64,000 nt of DNA from Planctomycetota bacterium. Lineage in GTDB: Bacteria > Planctomycetota > UBA8108 > SXIK01. Position numbers and translations under genes: made by a program. Location of the stretch: assembly GCA_965223265.1 (NCBI GenBank), contig OZ244999.1:2528001-2592000 (forward strand), read 5' to 3'. How positions within the stretch are numbered: the first letter of the stretch is position 1; the number at the start of each line of letters is the position of its first letter. Below are positions 19,012 to 30,293 of the stretch, piece after piece. Under the pieces are notes generated by a model. It was not told the DNA's origin, ran no database searches, and saw only the letters and a program-made list of their open reading frames with translations.

Positions 19012-19448
19012 CAGCGTGATCGATCCAAACGCCCTACCGCGTCTCGCCGCGCGATGGCCGCAAGGCGCGCTACGAAGAACCTTTGCACGCGCGTAGAATG
19101 AGTTGTTTGTGCTCGCCATCTCTTTTGGAGCGACGGAGTCCACTAAAGCGAGAGGGAGTGAGGCAGTATTCGTGTTCGACCGCCGCATCGTACTGGATGA
19201 GGCTCTCTCATTCCCCATCTGATCTCTCGCCCCGCCTTGTTGACGCCTCTCTTTGGTGTTGCGATCGGAGCTGCCTTCGAGGCGTACAGCCGATCCTGAT
19301 CGAGAACCGTTGCGCTCGTGTCGGTGCACCTTGACGGCGACTCCATCTTTCGCCAAACTCGAGCGTCAAGCGCGAGTGCTCTCAATGTTCTGTTTTTTGT
19401 GTTCATGGTGTCAGTAACACTCTCGGTCGAGGATTCAGAGGCGGTGTT

Positions 19449-20153
19449 GTGTCGCTCTTGAGTGCTCGCGGCGTCGGTCGACGTCAGGCGAGCGACCAGC
19501 CCTGGCTCTTGGACGACGTCTCGCTCGAGATCTCACGCGGTGGGCGTCGAACGATCGTCGGTCCAACCGGCGCGGGAAAGACGCTTCTCCTCAGGGCGTT
19601 AGCCTGCCTCGATCCGTTGGACCGTGGCGAGATCCTATGGCGCGGCGACGCGGTTCGTGGCCGCGATGTGCCACGCTTTCGGCGCCAGGTGATCTATTTG
19701 CACCAACGCCCTGCACTCATTGAGGGCACGGTGGAAGAGAATCTGCGTCTGCCGTTCAGTTTTCGCAGTGGCCTCGCTCGGGGACACACTCAGTTCGATT
19801 TGGGTGCAGCACTTTCCCTTCTCGAACGGGCAAATCGGACGAGAGACTTTCTCGATCGGCTCACCCGAGATCTTTCCGGCGGAGAATCTCAAATCGTCGC
19901 CCTCGTTCGGGCCGTTCAGCTTGACCCGGTAGTGCTCTTACTTGACGAACCGACCGCCTCGCTGGATGGCGAGACGGCTGGACTGCTCGAAAGTCTCGTC
20001 ATGAGCTGGTATGACGCTGCGCCCGGCGAACGCGCCTTCGTCTGGGTGAGTCACGACGCAGAGCAGGTTGCCCGCATCGGAGCCGAAACTCTCACGATGC
20101 GAGCCGGGCGTATCGTCGCAGGCGGCGACCAGAGAGCGGAGGATCGGACGTGA
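19449..20153 (+). CDS. fetA: ABC transporter ATP-binding subunit (FetA/YbbL-like)
   Basis: Walker A GPTGAGKT, LSGGE, LLLDEPTASLD, WVSHD; overlaps the fetB-like gene. Confidence 0.8.
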   Translation: MSLLSARGVGRRQASDQPWLLDDVSLEISRGGRRTIVGPTGAGKTLLLRALACLDPLDRGEILWRGDAVRGRDVPRFRRQVIYLHQRPALIEGTVEENLRLPFSFRSGLARGHTQFDLGAALSLLERANRTRDFLDRLTRDLSGGESQIVALVRAVQLDPVVLLLDEPTASLDGETAGLLESLVMSWYDAAPGERAFVWVSHDAEQVARIGAETLTMRAGRIVAGGDQRAEDRT

Positions 20154-20950
20154 AGTACCTCGAACTGACGTCCATCGATGTCGCGCTGGCCGCAGCGCTG
20201 ATCGTGATCAACGGCGTCATCTCGCTGCTGCTAGGGCTGCGGATGGAACGTTCGCTGATTCTTGCGTCTCTGCGCACGGTCCTACAGCTGCTATTGATCG
20301 GACTAGTTCTCCAGTCAGTGTTTGAAATGAAACACTGGCTTGCGATTGCAGGCCTCTTGATCCTTATGACGTCGATCGCCGGGGTTGCTGCGGTCGGTCG
20401 CGTGCAGCATCGATATCGCGGCATCTACGTCGACAGCGTCATTGCCGTCTGGTCGAGCTCCTGGTTGGTGGCCGCCTACGGGCTCCTGGTCATCTTGCGC
20501 CAGAACGAGCCTTGGTATCAGCCTCAGTACGTGATCCCACTGGTCGGAATGATTCTTGGGAATTCCCTCAACGGCATTTCCTTGGGGCTTAATCGACTCA
20601 ACGGGCAGTTGATTGCGGATCGCGATCGCGTCGAAGCTCAACTGGCGCTCGGTGCCTCGCGCTGGGAGGCGGCGCGCGGGAGTGTGCGGCAAGCCGTGCA
20701 CGCCGGTTTGACACCGATCATCAATTCGATGATGATCGTCGGCATTGTCAGTTTGCCCGGCATGATGACGGGCCAGTTGCTCTCCGGTGTGTCGCCTCTT
20801 CAAGCCGTGCGCTATCAGATCGTCATCATGTTTCTGATCGCCGCGGCGACTGCACTGGGGACGGTGGCCGTTGTGCTGCTCAGCTATCGGCGGCTCTTCA
20901 ACAGCGACCATCAGTTCTGCTACTACCGACTGCGCGGTGAAGGTCGTTAG
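20150..20950 (+). CDS. fetB: Iron export ABC permease FetB (UPF0014)
   Basis: LRTVLQLLLIG, PWYQPQYVIPLVGMILGN, GIVSLPGMMTGQLLSG..PLQAVRYQIVIMF. Confidence 0.9.
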   Translation: MKYLELTSIDVALAAALIVINGVISLLLGLRMERSLILASLRTVLQLLLIGLVLQSVFEMKHWLAIAGLLILMTSIAGVAAVGRVQHRYRGIYVDSVIAVWSSSWLVAAYGLLVILRQNEPWYQPQYVIPLVGMILGNSLNGISLGLNRLNGQLIADRDRVEAQLALGASRWEAARGSVRQAVHAGLTPIINSMMIVGIVSLPGMMTGQLLSGVSPLQAVRYQIVIMFLIAAATALGTVAVVLLSYRRLFNSDHQFCYYRLRGEGR

Positions 20951-21059
20951 AAGCGCTAAGTTCGACGCTGGCGAACGCCGTTTCGTGTCTTTTGGAAAAG
21001 AGGAACTGCGGGATGGACTACCACGAGCGCGGGTAACCTCCGACAGTCTTTGAGTCGTG

Positions 21060-21123
21060 ACGCGGCCGCGCTTGGCGGGAAGAGGTTAGCTTCTCGGCCG
21101 AATGACTTTTTCAGCGGGCTGTT
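21060..21123 (-). mobile_element. Partial copy of the MITE-like hairpin element also present at 60044-60223
   Basis: Minus strand AACAGCCCGCTGAAAAAGTCATTCGGCCGAGAAGCTAACCTCTTCCCGCC aligns with AGCAGCCCGTTGAAAAAGTCATTCGGCTGAGAAACCGGCCTCTTCACGCC at 60044. Confidence 0.65.
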
Positions 21124-22433
21124 AACCCGGGGTAGTCGAGCGTGTACGGCCGACGATACTCCTTGGTCAACAGCGCGTTGGCCTTCTGCAGATCGGCGCT
21201 CGAGCGCGTAATGCGCTGGGCAGCAGGATCGTACGTGAGTGTGGCGTTTCCGAGTCGCGTGCCGATGTTGCCGAGGTTGCACAGGTTCGTCGACACGGCG
21301 GCGATTTCGATCGGCGCATGGAGCCGTGAAGGATCGTTGTGGCGTGCCGCGTCGATGAAGTTCTCGAAGTTCCCGCCTGTTGACTCGATCCCGTAGTCCT
21401 CGGCACGGATCTGAATCTTCTCACGACCCTTGTCGCGGACCGCCGTTGAGCCGGTCACGAAGCCATCGGTGCCGTAGAACACGGTGTGGTTGCCGCCGCC
21501 TTCGAGTCCGTAAGGCGTCCACAGACGCATCTCATAGATCACCTGAACGTCAGGATAAACGTACACCACGTTCTGCGTGTCCGGCGTCTCGTGGTCGTCG
21601 TCGTACCAGAGCTGCCCGCCCGAGGTGACGATCTCGGTTGGATACTCCCGGTCTTTTCCCATGCCCCAGATCGCCAAATCAACGTGGTGGATGCCGTCGT
21701 TGACAAGGTCTCCGCCACCATAGTCCCAGAACCAGTGCCAGTTGTAGTGCCACCGATTCTCCGTGAACGCATGCTTTGGCGCGGGACCCTGCCAAAGATC
21801 GTAGTTGACGCCTGCGGGTGGGGCGGTCGGTTTCGCGCGCCCGATCTCTCGCCGTCGCTGGTGGTTGATCGCCTTGGCCATCAAAACCTTGCCGACGATA
21901 CCCGCGCGCAGCGCTTTGGCGACCGCCATGAAGCTGGCGACACTACGCCTTTGCGTGCCGTGTTGAACGCACTTGTTGTTTTCGGCCGCTGCCCGCACGA
22001 GAAGGTTCGCTTCGTGGACCGTGTGACTCGCTGGCTTTTCGACGTAGACGTGTTTGCCCGCGAGAATTGCCGCGAGCGCCACTGGTGCGTGCCAGTGATC
22101 ACAGGTGGCGATACTGATCGTGTCGATGTCTTTGTCGTCGAGGAGTCTGCGGAAGTCATCGTACTTCTTCGGTTGGGCCGCGTCGCCGACGCGTTCGGCG
22201 GTCTTGTCAAGGCGCGCCGGGTCGACGTCACAGATCGCGACGAGCCGGCAGTTCTCCGTCTTGGCGAACCCTTCCGCGTGTCTGGATCCCTGTCCACCGA
22301 CGCCGACCACCGCATGGTTGATCGTCTCATTGGCGCTCGCCCCGCGGGCCGAGGAATAGACTGCAGGGGCCGCTGCCGCCAGAATTCCCGCCCCGGTCGT
22401 CTTGACAAACTTGCGACGCGTCCAGTTCGTCAT
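21111..22433 (-). CDS. Tat-exported Gfo/Idh/MocA family oxidoreductase
   Basis: MTNWTRRKFVK Tat motif; VGVGGQG, ATCDHWH, HVYVEKP, QHGTQRRS, WHYNWHWFWDYGGGDLVNDGIH. Confidence 0.92.
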   Translation of the reverse strand: MTNWTRRKFVKTTGAGILAAAAPAVYSSARGASANETINHAVVGVGGQGSRHAEGFAKTENCRLVAICDVDPARLDKTAERVGDAAQPKKYDDFRRLLDDKDIDTISIATCDHWHAPVALAAILAGKHVYVEKPASHTVHEANLLVRAAAENNKCVQHGTQRRSVASFMAVAKALRAGIVGKVLMAKAINHQRRREIGRAKPTAPPAGVNYDLWQGPAPKHAFTENRWHYNWHWFWDYGGGDLVNDGIHHVDLAIWGMGKDREYPTEIVTSGGQLWYDDDHETPDTQNVVYVYPDVQVIYEMRLWTPYGLEGGGNHTVFYGTDGFVTGSTAVRDKGREKIQIRAEDYGIESTGGNFENFIDAARHNDPSRLHAPIEIAAVSTNLCNLGNIGTRLGNATLTYDPAAQRITRSSADLQKANALLTKEYRRPYTLDYPGLTAR

Positions 22434-22633
22434 CTGTTCTCTCCTGATCCAGTTTGTGTCGGCCTGAGAGCAGCTTGCCAGAGTCGCCCGCTGTCTCGAA
22501 TCAAAAATTCGTGTCATTTTCGCACGCAGCCCTGATGGCCGCAGTTTTTACCCGCCGAAAGGGTGGCACGCTGGACACAGGCTTGCCGGCCTGGACCTTA
22601 CGGGCTAACGTCATGAGAGGAGAAACGAGCTCA

Positions 22634-25627
22634 ATGATACGAGGTCTCTGGTTCGAACGATTGAAAGGACTGCCGTTTCAGCTTCGGTCGGCGTGCGTTC
22701 TCTTCGCCGTCGTGTTGGTCTTTCACGCGACGCGCACGGGCGCGGCCGCGTCTGACGGCCCCACCTCGTCTGGCGCAGCTGCTCTGCCGCCGGTGCCGGA
22801 TCAACGCGTCGAATTCGAGCGCGATATCCGACCTCTTCTGAAGAAGCGTTGCCTACGCTGCCACGGTCCGAAGCGTCGCCAGAGCGAGTATCGGCTGGAC
22901 AGAAGACATGACGCCCTTCGGGGTGGCCTGACCGGCGTCGCGATCATCCCCGGGGACAGCGCCCGCAGCCCTCTGATCCACTACGTCGCGGGACTTAACC
23001 CCGATCTTGTGATGCCTCCAAAGGGAAAGCCACTGAGCTCCAATCAGGTCGGTCTTCTACGCGCTTGGATCGACCAAGGTGCGGATTTCGGGAGTGCTCT
23101 CGAAGGCGAGGGGGCTGCAGCTGCTTCGCAGGAAAACGTTCATTGGGCATTTCGGCAGCTGTCGCGCCCTGCTGTTCCCGCACGCCTGGAGGGCAGCGAG
23201 CGTGCAGGAGAGACCCCCATCGATGCGTTCGTGCGTGCGCGGTTAGAGACGGCCGGGCTGAAGCCGTCGCCGACAGCCGATCGCGTCACGCTGATCCGTC
23301 GACTCGCGCTGAGTGTTTTGGGATTGCCCCCCTCACCCGAAGAAGTCGACGCGTTCGTGAACGATCCCGATGCAGGCGCATATGAAAAACTCGTCGATCG
23401 CTTCCTCGCCTCGCCGCGTTACGGAGAACGCTGGGCGCGTCACTGGCTCGACGTCGTCCGCTTCGCCGAGACGTTCGGCTTCGAGCCGAACAAGCCGCGT
23501 GAGACCGCCTGGCCCTATCGCGATTACGTGATCGATGTGTTCAACCGAGATAGGCCCTACGGGGAATTCTGTCGCGATCAGATTGCCGGCGACGCGTACG
23601 GCGAGCATCGCGGTACCGGCTTTCTTGTCGCTGGACCGCAGGACAAAGTCGAGAGCCCAAACCTCGAGTTGACTCTGAACAAGCGTGCCAATGAGCTTCA
23701 CGATATCGTCTCGACAACAGGTTCTGCTTTTTTGGGGCTCACGGTTGGTTGTGCACGTTGTCACAACCACAAGTTCGATCCGGTGTCGCAGCGCGATTAC
23801 TACGCCTTGACGGCGGTTTTTGCGGGGGTCCATCACGGCGAGCGTCATTGGCCGGCGTCGTCCTCGATGGAGGCGGGGCGCCAGCGCCAGCTACGAGACG
23901 CGGAGACTGAGCTGCTCAGCATTTTGGGCGAGCTAACAGCCGCCGCACCCATCGCCGGACAGTCGGCTGGCAGTGGCGGCGGGCGCAAGAGCGTTCGCCC
24001 ACCGCTTGACGCACGCTTCAATCTTGACCGATTTGTGCCGACGGTCGCGACGGCGCTCCGCTTCACGGTACTCGATTCTGGCCAGTCCGAGCCGGCGCTG
24101 GATGAGATCGAGGTGCTGTCGACCGAATCTCCACGTCGTAACGTCGCGGCAGCAGCTCACGGCGCGGTAGCACGGGTGTCGGGAACGCTCATCGGATTCA
24201 GTCGCCACAAGCTGCGCCACATCAACGACGGATGGTATGGCAATGGACGCAGCTGGGCCTCGGACGAGCTGCGGCGCGGCTGGGTGGAGATCCGGCTCGC
24301 CGCGGCGACTGAGATCGACTCGGTCGTCTGGGCGCGCAGTCGCCTGCGAGAGCGCACTGACCGCGTGCCGACCGCTTACCGCATCGAGGTGCAGGTCGAC
24401 TCAGGGGAGTGGGTCACGGTCGCTGACTCGACGGATCGGCAGCCGCAGCCGGAGAGAGACAACTCTCCTGCGCGTGCGAGCGCGAATTCACCCGAGTCCG
24501 CAGCGGCGGCGGTCAATGCGTCGTTAGACAGCGCAAGTGGTCTCGGAGAGCTCTACCGGCGTCGCGAGGAGCTGGAGACACAACTGAATGAGCTGCGCCG
24601 CGGTCGTGCAGCGTACTTCGGCCAGTTTTACCCGCCGCCGCCGACGCATCGTCTGCATCGCGGCGACCCACTGACGCCGCGAGAGGAGGTCTCGCCGGGG
24701 GCGATCGAGCGCGTCGGTCCGCGACTCGAGCTGGCAGCCGATGCCTCCGAGCAGGAGCGTCGAGTCGCCCTGGCGCGGTGGTTGAATCATCCCGAAAATC
24801 CATTGCCCGCTCGCGTCCTGGTCAACCGCCTCTGGCTGCATCACTTTGGCGCTGGCATCGTCAACACTCCCAGCGACTTTGGCGCTGGCGGTGATCGACC
24901 ATCGCATCCTGCCCTTCTCGATTGGCTTGCGAGCGAGCTCGTCGACAGCGGCGGCAGCATCAAGCATGTGCAGAGGCTGATTTTGCTTTCATACACTTAT
25001 CGCCAGGCGAGTCGGCCGAACGACCAGGCGCGTTCCATCGACGCGCAGAACCGTCTTCTCTGGCGTTTTCCGCCGCAGCGACTGGCCGCCGAACCCATTC
25101 GCGATTCGGTTCTTGCAGTGAGTGGTCGCCTACGGCTGACCATGGGCGGGGAGGGGTACCACGTCTTCGAGCCAAACCAGGACTACGTGCGTGTCTACAC
25201 GCCGAAGAAGGTCTACGGGCCAGCTGAATGGCGACGCATGGTCTATCAGTTCAAGCCGCGCATGGAACAGGATGCCGTGTTCGGCATCTTCGATTGTCCT
25301 GACGCCGCCCAGGTGGCGCCGAAACGAACTCGATCGACAACCCCCCTGCAAGCGTTCAATCTGTTCAACAGCGGGTTCATGCTGCAGCAAGCCGAGGCTT
25401 TTGCCGCTCGCGTGGAGGACGGTGCTCGCCGCGAGGGCCATGGTGACGCTGAATCGAGGGACGGCGAGGTGGTCGCCCGCGCGATTCGGCGCGCGTTTCG
25501 TTTGGCGCTCTGTCGCACGCCCGATGCTGTTGAGCTGCGCGCTGCAGTCAATCTGGCGACGCAGCACGGTTTGGTTGCGGTCTGTCGTGCTCTCTTCAAC
25601 TCGAACGAATTCCTTCATGTGTACTGA
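22634..25627 (+). CDS. Planctomycete cytochrome c + DUF1549/DUF1553 (PSCyt1/PSCyt2/PSD1) protein with an internal discoidin-like insert
   Basis: CLRCH heme motif, [65 protein letters not shown]; start uncertain. Confidence 0.9.
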   Translation: MIRGLWFERLKGLPFQLRSACVLFAVVLVFHATRTGAAASDGPTSSGAAALPPVPDQRVEFERDIRPLLKKRCLRCHGPKRRQSEYRLDRRHDALRGGLTGVAIIPGDSARSPLIHYVAGLNPDLVMPPKGKPLSSNQVGLLRAWIDQGADFGSALEGEGAAAASQENVHWAFRQLSRPAVPARLEGSERAGETPIDAFVRARLETAGLKPSPTADRVTLIRRLALSVLGLPPSPEEVDAFVNDPDAGAYEKLVDRFLASPRYGERWARHWLDVVRFAETFGFEPNKPRETAWPYRDYVIDVFNRDRPYGEFCRDQIAGDAYGEHRGTGFLVAGPQDKVESPNLELTLNKRANELHDIVSTTGSAFLGLTVGCARCHNHKFDPVSQRDYYALTAVFAGVHHGERHWPASSSMEAGRQRQLRDAETELLSILGELTAAAPIAGQSAGSGGGRKSVRPPLDARFNLDRFVPTVATALRFTVLDSGQSEPALDEIEVLSTESPRRNVAAAAHGAVARVSGTLIGFSRHKLRHINDGWYGNGRSWASDELRRGWVEIRLAAATEIDSVVWARSRLRERTDRVPTAYRIEVQVDSGEWVTVADSTDRQPQPERDNSPARASANSPESAAAAVNASLDSASGLGELYRRREELETQLNELRRGRAAYFGQFYPPPPTHRLHRGDPLTPREEVSPGAIERVGPRLELAADASEQERRVALARWLNHPENPLPARVLVNRLWLHHFGAGIVNTPSDFGAGGDRPSHPALLDWLASELVDSGGSIKHVQRLILLSYTYRQASRPNDQARSIDAQNRLLWRFPPQRLAAEPIRDSVLAVSGRLRLTMGGEGYHVFEPNQDYVRVYTPKKVYGPAEWRRMVYQFKPRMEQDAVFGIFDCPDAAQVAPKRTRSTTPLQAFNLFNSGFMLQQAEAFAARVEDGARREGHGDAESRDGEVVARAIRRAFRLALCRTPDAVELRAAVNLATQHGLVAVCRALFNSNEFLHVY

Positions 25628-27138
25628 TGGACGAACCTAGCCCTTCACCAACCGGACTTCGGCTCCTGGATCGTCGTCGTTTCTTGCAGGCCTCCGGTCT
25701 TGGGCTGGGTTCCATGGCCCTCGTCGAGTTGCTGGGGCGCGACCGACGGCTACGTGCGGCGGATGAGTCGAGCGGGAGTGAGCCTCCCGACGCACCGTGG
25801 CGTCCGGACGTCGACCCGGCGCGTCCCTATGCGCCGCGCGCTGGACATTTTCCGCCACGCGCACAGCGAGTGCTCGTCATCTTTTGCTCTGGCGCTTGCA
25901 GCCAGCTCGACACCTTCGACTACAAGCCCGAACTCTTTCGCCTGCACGGCAGGCCGCTTCCCGGATCTGATCAGATCATCACGTTTCAGGGGAGACAGGG
26001 GCGCCTGACCAGGAGCCCTTATTCATTCGCACCGCGGGGCCAGTGCGGCAAATACACATCGGATTTGCTGCCGCACCTCTCTGAGCTCGTCGATGAGATG
26101 TGTTTCATCCATTCGATGACCGCGAAGACGAACACGCATGGACCTGCCGAAAACCAGATGAGCACGGGATACGTTGCTGAGGGGTTTCCGAGCATGGGGT
26201 CTTGGGTTTCGTACGCTCTGGGCACCGATGCCGACGACCTCCCCGCATTCGTCGCCATCCCGGATCCGCGCGGGGTGCCGCAGTCCGGTCCGAATAACTG
26301 GGCGTCCGGATTCCTGCCCGCGCTCTTCCAAGGTACGCCGTTTGGTGCCGATCGCCCGATCCCTCATATCGATCGGCCGGCTTCGGTCTCTCGTGTCACA
26401 GATGTCGCCACGCGCGACTTTCTTCGACTGCTCAACGATCGCCACCTGGAGAAGTTTCCCGGTGACAGTCAACTCAGCGCTCGCATCGCCAGTTATGAGC
26501 TCGCCGCGAAGATGCAGCTGCGCGCCGCTGCGGTCGGCGACTTGTCGACGGAAAGCCCGTCGACGCTCAAGAGCTATGGCGCCGACGACACGCAGAACAA
26601 ACTCAAAGCGCGGTTTGCGCAGAACTGTATTTTGGCGCGTCGCCTGCTCGAGAGAGGAGTGCGCTTCGTGCAGCTCTTCAACGGTGCGTATGCGATGGGC
26701 GAAGGGGTGGGCAATTGGGACGGTCACAAGGAGCTAAAAAAGCAGTACGACGTTCATGGGCCGATCTTGGACCAACCGGCGGCTGCCCTGCTACGTGACC
26801 TCAAGGAGCGCGGTCTACTCGACGACACGCTCGTCGTATGGACGACGGAGTTCGGGCGCATGCCCACCTTTCAGTTCGGGGCGCAAGGCCGGGATCATAA
26901 CCCGAAAGGGTTTACGGTTTGGCTCGCCGGCGCCGGCGTCAAGCGTGGTCACTCCTACGGCGCCACCGACGAGTTCGGCTACCGCGCTGTCAAAGATGTC
27001 ACAACAGTCTACGACCTTCATGCCACGATCCTGCATCTGTTGGGCATGGATCATGAACGCCTCACCTTTTACCACAATGGGCTTGAGAGACGACTCACCG
27101 ACGTCCATGGCCATGTGGTGGAAGACGTTCTCGCTTGA
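25627..27138 (+). CDS. DUF1501 domain protein
   Basis: DRRRFL Tat-like motif, [59 protein letters not shown]. Confidence 0.92.
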   Translation: MDEPSPSPTGLRLLDRRRFLQASGLGLGSMALVELLGRDRRLRAADESSGSEPPDAPWRPDVDPARPYAPRAGHFPPRAQRVLVIFCSGACSQLDTFDYKPELFRLHGRPLPGSDQIITFQGRQGRLTRSPYSFAPRGQCGKYTSDLLPHLSELVDEMCFIHSMTAKTNTHGPAENQMSTGYVAEGFPSMGSWVSYALGTDADDLPAFVAIPDPRGVPQSGPNNWASGFLPALFQGTPFGADRPIPHIDRPASVSRVTDVATRDFLRLLNDRHLEKFPGDSQLSARIASYELAAKMQLRAAAVGDLSTESPSTLKSYGADDTQNKLKARFAQNCILARRLLERGVRFVQLFNGAYAMGEGVGNWDGHKELKKQYDVHGPILDQPAAALLRDLKERGLLDDTLVVWTTEFGRMPTFQFGAQGRDHNPKGFTVWLAGAGVKRGHSYGATDEFGYRAVKDVTTVYDLHATILHLLGMDHERLTFYHNGLERRLTDVHGHVVEDVLA

Positions 27139-27378
27139 CGCGCGTTGCAGGCCGGAGATCTGCCGCTCCACGGATTCAGCAACTGCTGAATGGCTATCCG
27201 CACAGCGCGACTTTTGAGTCGCGTTAGGTCGATCGTCGTCCTGCGACACTTGGACTGGCGACAAGCCCGTTAGCTGCGCATTGGGAATGCGGTTATCTGT
27301 TTGAGGCAGCGCGACGCCGTGCTTGGTGTGGGCGCCGTGGGTTACTCCTCTCCGCGTCGACGACAGACGAAAGTTGAC

Positions 27379-27876
27379 ATGAATTCGCTACCGCATCGCA
27401 GCTGGCATCGCTCCACGTTCATCTGCGCGGGTCTCTACAACCTCGCTTGGGGAGCCTACTCTCTACTCGATCCGCAGTGGTTCTTTCGCTTCGCGGGTTT
27501 GCCGCTGTCGAATCATCCGGAGATCTTCGCCTGCCTGGGAATGGTCATCGGACTCTACGGAGCCCTCTACCTGCGAGTCGCCTACGCTCCCGAGAGTGGC
27601 GGCTGTATCGCTTTGATCGGACTCGTCGGCAAGGTGCTCGGTCCGATCGGCGCCGTCGCTCTCATCTGCCGCGGCGATTGGCCAGTCAAGGCGATCGCGC
27701 TCTGCGTCGCGAACGACTTCGTCTGGTGGTTTCCGTTCGCGCTTTATCTGCGAGACTACCGGATCGTTCTCTTCAGACTGACCGCAGATCCGCGTTTGGC
27801 GTCAGAATCGGAGGACGGGCGTGGACAGTGCGCCAACGCCGAGACGGGTCCGAAAACGTTGGATCTTGGCATCTGA
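27379..27876 (+). CDS. Small 4-TM membrane protein (family often annotated alkyl hydroperoxide reductase-associated)
   Basis: AGLYNLAWG, CLGMVIGLYG, GKVLGPIG, NDFVWWFPF. Confidence 0.65.
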   Translation: MNSLPHRSWHRSTFICAGLYNLAWGAYSLLDPQWFFRFAGLPLSNHPEIFACLGMVIGLYGALYLRVAYAPESGGCIALIGLVGKVLGPIGAVALICRGDWPVKAIALCVANDFVWWFPFALYLRDYRIVLFRLTADPRLASESEDGRGQCANAETGPKTLDLGI

Positions 27877-27970
27877 TACCTCGTTCGGGTGACGTGTCGT
27901 AATCTTGAGCAAGGCTTTTTCACGAGCGGGAATCACCCGTGCTAGTCCGGTCCAACCAGCACTCGAACCG

Positions 27971-28426
27971 ATGTTCAAACCCCGAATCGTTCACCGGCGC
28001 TCGTTCGGCTTCACGCTGATCGAGCTGATGATCGTGGTCGCGATCATCGCTATTGTCCTTGCCATGGCAATCCCGAGCATTCGTAACGCGCGTTTGGCGG
28101 CGAACGAGAGCTCGGCTGTGTCGTCGCTTCGCTCGCTTTATACCGCTGAACAAATGCATCGCACGCGCTTCGGAAATTTCACGAACGTTGCCGATCTCAA
28201 GACACTTGGATTCGCCGAGGCGTTCGACTTCTACCAGAGTGTCAATCTGAGCAAGGCTGGTTATGGATTCTTCTTTCATACCCTCTCCGCGGGGCGCTGG
28301 CGCATCCGAGCCAATCCTCTGCGGGCAGGATCGACTGGAACTCGGTGGTTCGTGATCTACGACGACGGGGTGATTCGCTACTCAACAACGCGCGCCGCGG
28401 GCATCAGCGACCCGCCGATTGACTGA
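27971..28426 (+). CDS. Type IV pilin-like protein (prepilin N-terminal cleavage/methylation motif)
   Basis: GFTLIELMIVVAIIAIVLAMAIP followed by ANESSAVSSLR. Confidence 0.9.
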   Translation: MFKPRIVHRRSFGFTLIELMIVVAIIAIVLAMAIPSIRNARLAANESSAVSSLRSLYTAEQMHRTRFGNFTNVADLKTLGFAEAFDFYQSVNLSKAGYGFFFHTLSAGRWRIRANPLRAGSTGTRWFVIYDDGVIRYSTTRAAGISDPPID

Positions 28427-28454
28427 CGGTCAGCTGCGCGCAAGATTTCCCTCC

Positions 28455-29126
28455 TCACCGTGCGCGGCGCGATCGTTTCGCCTTCACGCGCGCGATGCGG
28501 TAAGCGCAGCGGCGATGCCCGGAGAGCAGGTGTTCCGTCCGTTCAACGACGACCTGCGGACCGAGCAAGCGCTGAAACACTTCGAGCTCAGAGCGGCACA
28601 GTCCGGTACAGCTTTCGGCTGCCTCGCACACTGGACAGTGATTTTCGACCAACAGATAAGTCCCCGCGCGTTCCCGCTCGACCTCAGCCATGTAGCCTTC
28701 GCGAGTGCGCAGGGCGGCTAGTGCTTCGACACGAGATTTGAGCGACGACTTAGCCCCCGGCATCCGGGATCGATAGCGCCGTAGCTGTTCGCTCGCGCGT
28801 GTGTCGATCACGCGATCCAGGCCCTTGTCGCCAAGCGTTTTGCGCACGGCATCGATCAATTCCACGGTCAGGGCGCCATGATGATCGGGGAACAGCTGCG
28901 CTGCCGCATCGGTCAACGACCACAAAAGCGCCGGGCGGCCGCGACCGACGGCGTCGCTGCGTCGCTGGACGACAAGTCCTGAACTTTCCAGAGAGGCGAG
29001 GTGTTGCCGCGCGGCGACGTTCGTGATCTCGAGTGCTGAGGCCAACTGCGAAGCAGTCGAGGGGCCGTGAGTCTTCAAGAACTCGACCAATCGTCGTTTG
29101 GCGCCCTGCACGGCTTTCGTTTCCAT
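28455..29126 (-). CDS. SufR-like HTH transcriptional regulator with C-terminal Cys cluster
   Basis: N-terminal HTH (LASALEITNVAARQHL..GRGRP); C-terminal ENHCPVCEAAESCTGLCRSELE...HLLSGHRRCAY. Confidence 0.85.
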   Translation of the reverse strand: METKAVQGAKRRLVEFLKTHGPSTASQLASALEITNVAARQHLASLESSGLVVQRRSDAVGRGRPALLWSLTDAAAQLFPDHHGALTVELIDAVRKTLGDKGLDRVIDTRASEQLRRYRSRMPGAKSSLKSRVEALAALRTREGYMAEVERERAGTYLLVENHCPVCEAAESCTGLCRSELEVFQRLLGPQVVVERTEHLLSGHRRCAYRIARVKAKRSRRAR

Positions 29127-29166
29127 ACCTCAACAATACCGCAAGAGTGCCGTGCGCCACCACGAT

Positions 29167-29229
29167 TTTAGAAAGATAATGCTTGTTAAATTGGGCTCCG
29201 GATATATAAGAAAGTGTAGACTTTCTAAA
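29167..29229. promoter_or_regulatory. Two palindromic operators (consensus TTTAGAAAG-N6-CTTTCTAAA) in a divergent promoter
   Basis: TTTAGAAAG-ATAATG-CTTGTTAAA (29167-29190) and ATAAGAAAG-TGTAGA-CTTTCTAAA (29206-29229) in an AT-rich island between the regulator and the VOC gene. Confidence 0.65.
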
Positions 29230-29250
29230 TTCACTCCAAAAGGAGGACGC

Positions 29251-29622
29251 ATGTTTATCGAGCATGTCAATCTGACGGTGTCTGATCTCGAACGCTCGAT
29301 CGACTTTTACTCCGAGTTGTTCGACTTCCGCCTGCGCTGGCGAAATCGTCGCGACACTGGCGAGCAGCCAGCGGCTCACGTCGGCGACGATCGCTCTTAC
29401 CTGGCGTTCTTCGAAGCGCCGAAGCCAGGGCAGGTCGATGTCGACTATGACAAGGTCGGACTCAATCACTTCGGTCTTGTCGTCCCCGACCTCGCGCCGT
29501 ATCGATCCCGACTCCACACCCTTGGCGTCGAACCTCACCTAGAAAGGACGTACGACCCCGGAGAGCGCCTCTACTTTTTCGATCCCGACGGTATCGAAGT
29601 CGAACTGGTTGCGTACTCCTGA
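29251..29622 (+). CDS. VOC/glyoxalase family protein
   Basis: IEHVNLTVSDLERSIDFY, LNHFGLVV, LYFFDPDGIEVELV; GGAGG RBS. Confidence 0.92.
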   Translation: MFIEHVNLTVSDLERSIDFYSELFDFRLRWRNRRDTGEQPAAHVGDDRSYLAFFEAPKPGQVDVDYDKVGLNHFGLVVPDLAPYRSRLHTLGVEPHLERTYDPGERLYFFDPDGIEVELVAYS

Positions 29623-29800
29623 AGGTGGTCGTGGTCGCTAGCGATCGTAGAGCCGGAAGTATTTCTGTCTCGTCTCAGCTTCGTCTCAGCTTCGTCTCGG
29701 CGAATGAGAACTCGAGTCGAGTGCAGCTGCGTCGGCGGCGCGTGTTTGTCGCGAGCTCCCCGAGTTGCGAGCCCAGTGGTTTCGCGATAGAATCCCCGAC

Positions 29801-30196
29801 ATGCGAAACGTCGCTGCTGCTCTAAGCTCTCTTTGGCTGTTCTTTGCGCCCACACTCTGCGGTTCGGGCCTGTTGACGCACACATGCGACTGCGCACGAG
29901 AGGCAGAGAGCGTAGCGTGCTGCGCAAACAACGAACGTGCCGAGGCAGGCGGCGCCGTCGAGGCGGGATGCCAGCATGGTAACTGCGCGAATGACCCTTG
30001 CCGCACAATGGTCGCGGTCAAGCGGCTCTGCGAGACCACAGTTGTTCCACCGGCGGATGATGCGTTCTCGGCTTTCGTTACGTATCCGCCGCTGGACCAG
30101 CTGCGGCCCTGCGGCGCGCTGGTCGGCCGGGCGAATCCACCGCTGGACCGGCGCCGCCTTCCGTGTCACGCCGCGGATATTCCGCTGCGCCTCTGA
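29801..30196 (+). CDS. Cys/His-rich hypothetical secreted protein leading the metal-efflux operon (CzcI-like position)
   Basis: Hydrophobic N-terminus, HTCDC, CC, CQHGNCANDPC; immediately upstream of the TolC gene. Confidence 0.55.
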   Translation: MRNVAAALSSLWLFFAPTLCGSGLLTHTCDCAREAESVACCANNERAEAGGAVEAGCQHGNCANDPCRTMVAVKRLCETTVVPPADDAFSAFVTYPPLDQLRPCGALVGRANPPLDRRRLPCHAADIPLRL

Positions 30197-30293
30197 TCCA
30201 GACCCTGTCATTGACACTCCAGAGCGTTCGCGGTGCAGGCAGACTCAGCCTGAACTGCATCGCGATCTGTGTTTCGCAGGGATCAGAGGTCTC

